Source: a virus
Taxonomy: Duplodnaviria > Caudoviricetes
DNA: 64,000 nt
Reading direction: 5' to 3' (one strand)
IMG/VR virus record: IMGVR_UViG_3300006117_000001
Coordinates: 1,559-65,558 of that record
Below are positions 56,664 through 64,000 of the stretch, piece by piece. How positions within the stretch are numbered: position 1 is the stretch's first letter; each line of letters begins with the position of its first letter. The notes under the pieces are model-generated. The model did not search any database. It saw only the letters and a list, made by a program, of their open reading frames with translations, and was not told the DNA's origin. The position numbers and the translations under genes were made by a program.

Positions 56664-58651
56664 TATTTAGCCTTGTTTCTGTTAATAATGTCTTGAATAT
56701 CTTGAGGATGCTGTGTTTGAGAGCTTACCGATGCTTTTTGACCGGCAACAGGTCTAGCAAAAGATGGGCTTTCTTTAAGAATATTTTCCAAATCGCCACG
56801 GAATTCTTTATGAATTTTTATAAATTGAGGATCATTTTTAAATTTACGGAAATCAGTAAAGTCTTCACCAGTCCCATAAACTTTGGCTAGCTCTTCGTTC
56901 ATCTTAGTTACGCGCTCAAGAACTTTAGCTTTTTTGTAGATTAACTCAGCTGGATCACTAATACTTGAAGAAGCGCGTTGTAAAATCTCACGTTCTCCTT
57001 CAGTAATTTGTCCTTGACCTTTAATGAGTTTAGCAGTCTGCAATTCAATCTTAGCTAAATAACTAATTAACTCACTACGCTCACCAAGACTCTTTTGTGT
57101 CGTTGTTGGCAATGACTTAAATATAGCGTTTTCTAAATCAGCAACACCAAAGTTACCAATACCTTTTTGCACTACTCCAGCTACTGCAGCAGCAACTCCG
57201 GGTTGGTTGATAACACCAGACAACGTTGGATCTTTTTTAACAATATCTTGAATGCGACGCGATGTAGCATAGGAATCATCTAATGTACCTGGGTCGGTAT
57301 CCGCTTCAAACGCAGTACGCATTGCCTCTCCAGATTTACCTCTAGCTTCACCAGCTGATGTTAATGCTGTTTCAGAAGCTTTACGTTGCGCTAATATGTT
57401 AGCCACATCTGGCATTCCGGTTGAAGCAACTTGAACGCTTGGTGCGCCTGCAATTTGGCTAGACTTACCTTGCCCTGATTCAAACTCTTTAATCGCTTGA
57501 GCAACTGCTGCTCTAGCTTCTGGCGTGCTTGGTATTTTTGCAGTTGGCTCTATGCCTAATTTAGCTGCAATATAAGATCCATAATTCATTGTGGATTCTG
57601 GTGTATTGCCAGCAGCAGTTGATGGAGACCACGCTTCTGCTAACATTGCTGGGCTTACAAAACCACCAGTATCTCCAAAACGCTGTTTTAGCGCTGGACT
57701 TTGACCAGATATTTTTCCTTGTAAATCATCTTCTAAAGCTTTTTGTCCTTCTTCTGGTGTTGTAAATACACGCAACTCGCCAGTTTTAGGATCTTTTAAA
57801 TTTCCAGGGTTATTATTACGAACACTTAATGGTTGCGCTGCCTCAGCACCCAATACGGTTCCAGTCATTGTCCCCGGCAATTTACCCGCTGGTGCTTCGT
57901 AGTATGAAGACGCGTCAAGGATCAAACCTTTTTGTTTTAATTGCTCGTATTCAAAACGGTTAATATCACGAACCTCAGGTTTTTTAGTATTCGGGTTCAT
58001 AATTACTGTAGGCTTACGATCCATTGAAGCCGGATTTAAATTGGCGCTAGCTTCAAGCTCTTGGTTTTTAGCAACAATTTTTTGTAAATATGAATTAGCA
58101 GCTTGTGGTCCTTCAAACTTATTGATACGTAAATATTCAGATTTAGCTGAAGGAGTCAAAAAGTCATAAGGCCCTTTAGCAACACCAGGGGCACCAGGAG
58201 CGCCTACAGCACCGGTAGCAGGGGCAAATATATTTTGATTAGCTTCTTGCATAGCGGCAGCACGTTCTTGCGCTGTTTTAGCTTGTGATAATTGGCTTTT
58301 CATACCAAACAATTCAGCTTGCTGTCTATCACGCTGTTCAGCTCGACGCGCTAATGCTTCACCAGGGCCAGCAGCACCGCCGGACCACCAAGCTGTAGCG
58401 TCTTGTAAAGAAGACATAAGCCCGCTTTGTTCAGCTTCTTTTTGCTTAACTAATTCTTCCATTTTAGCCAAAAGAGATGGATCATATCCAACTCCCCCAG
58501 TGGGAGTAGCTAAAGCATAAGGACCTTTAGCAGGTATGGCTTTTGCTATTGGGGTTGATGGAAGACCACCAGTTTCTTGCGTATCTGCAGTATCTTCAGC
58601 TTGTGAAAAACCACCAGTTTCAAAACTTTTAATATTGTCTAAGCCTGCCAT
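56663..58651 (-). CDS. Ejection protein with RNNNPGNL lysozyme-like domain
   Basis: SVRNNNPGNL...F.TPEEG..AL motif within a helical protein. Confidence 0.6.
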   Translation of the reverse strand: MAGLDNIKSFETGGFSQAEDTADTQETGGLPSTPIAKAIPAKGPYALATPTGGVGYDPSLLAKMEELVKQKEAEQSGLMSSLQDATAWWSGGAAGPGEALARRAEQRDRQQAELFGMKSQLSQAKTAQERAAAMQEANQNIFAPATGAVGAPGAPGVAKGPYDFLTPSAKSEYLRINKFEGPQAANSYLQKIVAKNQELEASANLNPASMDRKPTVIMNPNTKKPEVRDINRFEYEQLKQKGLILDASSYYEAPAGKLPGTMTGTVLGAEAAQPLSVRNNNPGNLKDPKTGELRVFTTPEEGQKALEDDLQGKISGQSPALKQRFGDTGGFVSPAMLAEAWSPSTAAGNTPESTMNYGSYIAAKLGIEPTAKIPSTPEARAAVAQAIKEFESGQGKSSQIAGAPSVQVASTGMPDVANILAQRKASETALTSAGEARGKSGEAMRTAFEADTDPGTLDDSYATSRRIQDIVKKDPTLSGVINQPGVAAAVAGVVQKGIGNFGVADLENAIFKSLPTTTQKSLGERSELISYLAKIELQTAKLIKGQGQITEGEREILQRASSSISDPAELIYKKAKVLERVTKMNEELAKVYGTGEDFTDFRKFKNDPQFIKIHKEFRGDLENILKESPSFARPVAGQKASVSSQTQHPQDIQDIINRNKAK

Positions 58652-58653
58652 GA

Positions 58654-59577
58654 TTATTGATCGCTAATAATAGTTGATGGGTCTGGAGCTGTTGGGTTTG
58701 GATTAGCAGGAGCCATATTAGCAGCTGTAGTTGCGTCAATAGCAGCCTGAGTTTGTGCTGGTGTGTAACCACCCAAATTGTCACTACTACCACCAAAAGC
58801 ACTACCAATACTACTAATTAACCCAGTTAAACCACCAGGGACACCTAATGACCCGAGGATGCCACTTGCACCAGTTTGACCGCCAAGGGCAGATACTAAG
58901 CCAGCGATTTGATTTAATGGTGACAATTGAGTTTGATTAGATACAGTAGTAGGTGCTTGAATGCCACCAACGATTTTACCTAAATTAGAAATATTAGTTA
59001 ATGGCGCAGCTTGTTGATATTGACCAGTTGTCAACAAATTATTAATGTTTTCTTGTGCTGTTGTGCCAGCGCCTTGAGCCGCTGCAACACCAGTTTGTTG
59101 ATTTTGCAATGCAGCTTGCATTTGTTGTGCTTGTAAGCTTGCAAGGGCATTTGCTTTAGCAGTATCTACTGCAGTTTGACCCCGCAAACTACCAAACTGA
59201 CCAGTACCAACAGCGCCAGCTTGTTGCGGCGCAATTGTTGTTGGGAGTACTTGATTTAACTCTTGGTTTTGTGCTTGGAACAAACCACCTAATGCTGTTT
59301 GAGTATTAGGTGTAACATTACCAGATGCATCAGTAATCCAAGGATTAGCAGCGCCGCCAGCAATATTTTGAAGTGTACCAGTAGCTTGTGTGAAAGCGTT
59401 TGTTGGTCCAGACAAAGCATTAACTGCTTGCTGACCTACAGTTTGCTGAGGTGTCGGAGCACCTGATGCAGCTTGTTGTGCTTGGTTAACAATGTTTTGT
59501 TGAGCTGCATCATACCAGCTCGGCATCGTAGTGGTTTGCTGCGATGTATTCGATATGATGTTGTTTAAGCCAGCCAT
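58654..59577 (-). CDS. DNA transfer/pilot-like ejection protein
   Basis: Gln/Ala/Gly-rich, nearly uncharged; GQFGSLRG motif. Confidence 0.55.
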   Translation of the reverse strand: MAGLNNIISNTSQQTTTMPSWYDAAQQNIVNQAQQAASGAPTPQQTVGQQAVNALSGPTNAFTQATGTLQNIAGGAANPWITDASGNVTPNTQTALGGLFQAQNQELNQVLPTTIAPQQAGAVGTGQFGSLRGQTAVDTAKANALASLQAQQMQAALQNQQTGVAAAQGAGTTAQENINNLLTTGQYQQAAPLTNISNLGKIVGGIQAPTTVSNQTQLSPLNQIAGLVSALGGQTGASGILGSLGVPGGLTGLISSIGSAFGGSSDNLGGYTPAQTQAAIDATTAANMAPANPNPTAPDPSTIISDQ

Positions 59578-62500
59578 TATACTTTCACTTTCTTGTTAGC
59601 TTCTAATAAATATCCCAATGGACCTTTACTATCAGGCGGGAGTTCTTTTGCGTCCGCAGCACGTTTATGTTCACGAATTGTTCTCAAAAATTCATCAAGG
59701 ATTTTAGCCCCAGCATCACTACTACCATTACCTAAAGATGATACCACATCTGCAGGTATTACAAACTCAGAATGTGCTAACATGGCAGGTACTTCATCTG
59801 AGGTGCCATCTCCGTTGCCTTTAACATAACGGTTATCAATAGAGCCTAAACCACCTTCAGAAAAGAATGTTGGGTTATGTCCTTCAATCTCACCGCCTTC
59901 AGCATGACCTGCAGGATTAAGTGCTGGTAATCCAGTCAAAATATAATTTAACTGCGCTTTGGTTAAACCAGGGGTAAGTGTAGAAGAAATACCGCTAGTT
60001 GGGGGGTTATCGGGGGCATTTAAATCACTAATGCCTGGAGAGCCACCTGTGGCAAATTGCGGTATGTTTTGTGATAATAGTTCATTAATCATAGGTTCGC
60101 CTGCTAAAGTATAGTTCTGATTTGCTTGTGTTAATCCAGGTGTTAAATTAGTAATTCCGCCAGTTTGGTTTGCAATATTAGCATTAGGACCATATGTAGA
60201 ACTCCAAGTGCTGTAACTCATTCTACTCGGGGTTGTGCCAGTACCTACTCCACCGATGCCAGTGCCTGTACCTACTCCACCGATGCCAGTGCCATCGCCT
60301 ACTCCTGTACCTACTCCTGTACCTGTACCTACTCCTGTACCTACTCCTGTACCTACTCCTGTACCTGTACCTGTACCTACTCCTGTACCTACTCCTGTAC
60401 CTACTCCTGTGCCTGTACCTGTACTTACTCCTGTGCTAGCAGTTGTTGCACCAGTACCTGCAGTGGACGCTATTCCAGTTCCTGTGCCGGTTTTAGTGGG
60501 CACAACTGACTTACTAATTAATTGATTTACATAATCTTGTAAAGTCTGTGTTTGTGCCACATCGCCAGTAATATCTTGGGTTGGCGCTGGTAATGTTGCT
60601 TTTGATAAATATTGATCATACTCAGCTTTAGTAATTTCACCTGCAGCCAAAGCGGTATCTAGCATTGGTTTTGTATATTGTGAAGAAGAACCACTTGCTG
60701 TTGAATCTGCGGTTGTTGTAGCTCCGGTATAAGGAGTCATTGACATGGTTGGCACACCGTTTTGGTCTGCTGTTTTATCTATGACGTACTTAGAACCAGA
60801 TGGCCCCGCGGTGTAGTCCCCCGCCAAAAGCGCACCGGTATTTACAAAACCACCTTTACCATCAGGAATATATTCTCCCCATTTACCTGTTGTAGGATCT
60901 TGGCGATATACACTTTCTACTAAATCTTTACCATCTGGTGTTTTAGTCACAGAAGGTAATTCTCCGGCTTGCGCTGTTCCGCTACCTGTTAATGCACTAA
61001 TAATATTTTCGGCAACTTTTTGACCGGTAATGGGGTCGATACCTTGCGTCACAAAAGCCATTGCTTTATCCGGGGATATACTTGACCCGCCAGCGCCAGA
61101 CACTAATTCTGTATATGCTTGTTTAGCTTCCGGCGTTGTTAACTTAGCTAAATTAGCTGCGTTAACATCTGTTAGTTTAGCGCCAGTGGTATCGCCCAAT
61201 GCTGCAAATGCTGACATTAAATCAGCACCCTCCGGTGTGTATCCTTGCTTAATAGCATTAATTGCTGCTGTTTGTTCTGCAACAGTGTTACCTGCAATGG
61301 TCGGTGCAAGATTCATAGCCGCATCAGCAGACAGCCCGTTTGCTTTAGCATTACTATAACTTAACTGTTGGTCCGGATTTAAACTATTGACCTTATTAGC
61401 AAAAGCAATTGCAGCATCAGTTGTTGTATTACCAGTACTTTTTTGCTCATAAAAAGACTGTAATGCTGTTGTACTCATTTTAGATAAATCTGGTGTGTAC
61501 TTTAAAGCATCTGTAGTAGACAAACCATTGTCAGTATTAAACTGATAAAAATTCTGTTGCTCTGAAGGCAATGTATTAACACCGGCGGCTGTGCTAATCG
61601 CAATTTGATTATCGCCATTATTTTGCTTTAACGCTTCATAATATGAGTTTTTAGCAATATCAGAAGCATTGGTTAGCGTCGGCGCTGCGGCTAAAGCATT
61701 TGTAGTTGATCCGGTCTTACTGTAAATATCTGAGTAAGTAGTTTGCTGATTAGGTGTTAAACCATTAACTCCTGTTGCAGTACTAATTGCTGTTGAAATA
61801 TCCTTATTAGCTGCAAAATCATTATTAAAAGCAGTTTGAGCAATAGGTGATAATCCAGCAACTGTTGAAGCTGTGCTAAATGCAGCCACATTGTTTTGTC
61901 CAGAATCAACCAGATTATTAAAAGCTTTTTGAGCTTCTGGATCCATGTTAGCTACTTGAAGATGAATATCCGTGTTTTGAGCACTTGTAAATGCATCAGC
62001 TCTATTAGTGCCGTTAGCTACAGCGTCAGCGTAGGCTTGCTTAGCTTCAGGCGTAGTTAACTTATCATTATTGGTTTGATCAATAATTTGATTAGTAGCC
62101 ATCTCAGTTGCTTTTTGTAACTGTTCAGCTGCCGCACTTTGTTCTGCTTCAGCAGCTTGACCAACTAAATCGCCCAATGTTTGAGAAGTTGTGTCAATTG
62201 ATTTAGCAACATCTGCTGCTTGATTTTGCAGTGTTGTTAAATCTCTTACATAGCCATCATAAGTTGGTTTAGCAGCATTTACAGCATCTAAACTTTTTTG
62301 GTAAGTATCAGCAGCAGTTTGATATTGTGATGCTACACTGTTTGCTTGATTAGCAATATCATTAATCTGAGGTGCTAAAGCAGTTGCTTTGTCTATCAAA
62401 GATTGTGGTGTTACTGTTTCGTAATCATTAACTGTATAATACGTCCCAGCATCTGCGTCATATTCTTGATGCGTGCCAATAACAAGCGGATTTCGTACTG

Positions 62501-63527
62501 TAGTAGCGGGGGTATAGCTACCAGTTTCTGGATCATAACTAGCTGGCACATCTTGCGGCGGTCCTAACTTAACATACCCTTCTCCTTGGGGTTTCCAATC
62601 TGGGTTATTATCATAGCTTGTAGGATCACCGCTTTGCAAATTAGCATAGTCACTCTTAGCTTGATTAAACTCTGCTAACTTACTAGTGTACTGACTTTGC
62701 AAATCATTAAATTGCGAATACAAACCATTTGCGGTATCAAAATTTGATTTAGCAATATTTTGTGCTGGGTCTAATGTATTTTGAAAAAAGTTTTGTGCTT
62801 CTGATTTTAAACTATTAAACTGGTTGTTTACAGATTGTAATGTATCACTTTGGCTAGACAGATCATTATAAGCAGATTTAATCTGGTCACTAGCACCTTG
62901 TAAAGACCAATTCATTCCAGCAACAATACTAGATTGAGTAATGGCTTCTCCAATGCTCTTACCGCCAATAATTGCTTTTGCTGCGGCATTTGTTGCGTTG
63001 GTAATTAATCCTGTACTTAAGTCTTTTGCATCAAAACCTTGATTTTTTAATTCACCAGCAACCGCACCAGATAATGCTCCAGCAGCGCCTGCAGTTAAAA
63101 TTTGGTCTAAAGGCTTACCACTTAAAGCCGCAGCTAACGCAGAGCCAGAGGAACTAGTAACAGCTTGCTGAATAATAGTCTGTGTAGTTGTATCTAAGTT
63201 TTCTATTCCCGGCACATTACTCCCAATTTGACCGCCAGCATAGTTTCCAGCATAAGCCGCGGCAGCACTTAAAGCAATGTTTTGAATATTGCCACCATTA
63301 GCGGCACTCACTGCAGCTGCAGAAATTGGGTACGGAACACCGGCGGCGGTTAATGCAACAGTTTCAATGGTCGGTAATGGATTTTGTACAATATTTTCTA
63401 CCGTTTTGCCAATCGTAGATACTACTGAGCTAATAGTTTTGCCAATATCATTAAAAATATTGCCAGCCCCAGAGACAACATCTCCAATTGCTTTAAATGG
63501 ATCAAAACCTCCACCACCGCCGCACAT
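59577..63527 (-). CDS. Large ejection/internal virion protein
   Basis: 1316 aa; MCGGGGG start, coiled coil, GT-rich linker, C-terminal GDGTSDEVPAML...EFVIPADVVS. Confidence 0.6.
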   Translation of the reverse strand: MCGGGGGFDPFKAIGDVVSGAGNIFNDIGKTISSVVSTIGKTVENIVQNPLPTIETVALTAAGVPYPISAAAVSAANGGNIQNIALSAAAAYAGNYAGGQIGSNVPGIENLDTTTQTIIQQAVTSSSGSALAAALSGKPLDQILTAGAAGALSGAVAGELKNQGFDAKDLSTGLITNATNAAAKAIIGGKSIGEAITQSSIVAGMNWSLQGASDQIKSAYNDLSSQSDTLQSVNNQFNSLKSEAQNFFQNTLDPAQNIAKSNFDTANGLYSQFNDLQSQYTSKLAEFNQAKSDYANLQSGDPTSYDNNPDWKPQGEGYVKLGPPQDVPASYDPETGSYTPATTVRNPLVIGTHQEYDADAGTYYTVNDYETVTPQSLIDKATALAPQINDIANQANSVASQYQTAADTYQKSLDAVNAAKPTYDGYVRDLTTLQNQAADVAKSIDTTSQTLGDLVGQAAEAEQSAAAEQLQKATEMATNQIIDQTNNDKLTTPEAKQAYADAVANGTNRADAFTSAQNTDIHLQVANMDPEAQKAFNNLVDSGQNNVAAFSTASTVAGLSPIAQTAFNNDFAANKDISTAISTATGVNGLTPNQQTTYSDIYSKTGSTTNALAAAPTLTNASDIAKNSYYEALKQNNGDNQIAISTAAGVNTLPSEQQNFYQFNTDNGLSTTDALKYTPDLSKMSTTALQSFYEQKSTGNTTTDAAIAFANKVNSLNPDQQLSYSNAKANGLSADAAMNLAPTIAGNTVAEQTAAINAIKQGYTPEGADLMSAFAALGDTTGAKLTDVNAANLAKLTTPEAKQAYTELVSGAGGSSISPDKAMAFVTQGIDPITGQKVAENIISALTGSGTAQAGELPSVTKTPDGKDLVESVYRQDPTTGKWGEYIPDGKGGFVNTGALLAGDYTAGPSGSKYVIDKTADQNGVPTMSMTPYTGATTTADSTASGSSSQYTKPMLDTALAAGEITKAEYDQYLSKATLPAPTQDITGDVAQTQTLQDYVNQLISKSVVPTKTGTGTGIASTAGTGATTASTGVSTGTGTGVGTGVGTGVGTGTGTGVGTGVGTGVGTGTGVGTGVGDGTGIGGVGTGTGIGGVGTGTTPSRMSYSTWSSTYGPNANIANQTGGITNLTPGLTQANQNYTLAGEPMINELLSQNIPQFATGGSPGISDLNAPDNPPTSGISSTLTPGLTKAQLNYILTGLPALNPAGHAEGGEIEGHNPTFFSEGGLGSIDNRYVKGNGDGTSDEVPAMLAHSEFVIPADVVSSLGNGSSDAGAKILDEFLRTIREHKRAADAKELPPDSKGPLGYLLEANKKVKV
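60235..60432. repeat. Coding tandem repeat (6/12-bp units such as GTACCTACTCCT) encoding GTGV
   Basis: Directly visible tandem repeat. Confidence 0.85.
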
Positions 63528-63973
63528 TAGACTATTTCCAAATGTTTAACAGTATTAAATCCAACTGTCTTATAACCAAGACGAGCATAAAACTTTTGTG
63601 TTTCTTCAAGCTTAACTTCTGTTGTTTGGCCTAAGCAAACGTCAACAACATTGTTTTTTCTAGCCCAATTTTCCAACGCTTTGATTAACTTAATTGCCGC
63701 AAAAGATCCGCGATGTTCTGGCTGGACAAAAAAGCCCATATCAGTAACGCGTTTTCTTTGGCTAAAAAAGTACGGTTGAATCATCCCGGCTATAAATCCT
63801 ATTAGTTTATTATCTTTTTCGGCAACATAAATAACGCCGTTTGCTATAACCCAAAGATCTTTAATTTTGTCTTTGTCTAAAACAGCGTCTTTAAACTCTG
63901 CTTCAGCGATCATTTGCTCGGCAAGAGCAAACAATTCATCAAATCTATCCGGTGTAAATTCAAGAATTTGCAC
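63527..63973 (-). CDS. GNAT acetyltransferase
   Basis: FFVQPEHRG...A.KLIK and FYARLGY motifs; coupled to the ejection protein gene. Confidence 0.8.
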   Translation of the reverse strand: MQILEFTPDRFDELFALAEQMIAEAEFKDAVLDKDKIKDLWVIANGVIYVAEKDNKLIGFIAGMIQPYFFSQRKRVTDMGFFVQPEHRGSFAAIKLIKALENWARKNNVVDVCLGQTTEVKLEETQKFYARLGYKTVGFNTVKHLEIV

Positions 63974-64000
63974 TGGATAGATCTACAGTAATTTGGTATT

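Noticed and set aside
60165-60525. Pro-Val-Pro-Thr and other ORFs on the plus strand
   Set aside because: Antisense readings of the GTGV tandem repeat.

Overview
The window holds most of a tailed dsDNA phage genome with podovirus-like architecture, probably circularly permuted; a betaproteobacterial host is an inference only. The minus strand (1-30.5 kb and 55.5-64 kb) carries the late genes: terminase, portal, GroES, scaffold, major capsid, fibres, lysis and ejection proteins. The plus strand (31.4-55.5 kb) carries early and replication genes: GP88, a truncated sigma70, a C5-MTase, PrimPol-D5 helicase, VRR-NUC, SNF2, DUF2800, DUF2815, class II RNR and PolA. It also holds a small late island with two tRNAs and a terS candidate. 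About seven free-standing endonucleases and one extein-less intein are interspersed. Most notable: (1) an apparently split sigma factor (sigma 1.2-2-3 at 34.9 kb, a sigma4-like ORF at 44.5 kb) matched by two promoter classes, GCGTATTAGT alone and TTAGGGCG-N15-GCGTATTAGT; (2) a phased array of five SlmA-type sites followed by NtrC-like boxes at the early/late divergence; (3) two diverged ~315-bp iteron/IHF origin-like elements flanking the early region; (4) shared N-terminal peptides and hydrophobic-x-x-GG motifs in putative capsid-internal proteins. All calls come from reading the sequence by eye; no database searches were run.
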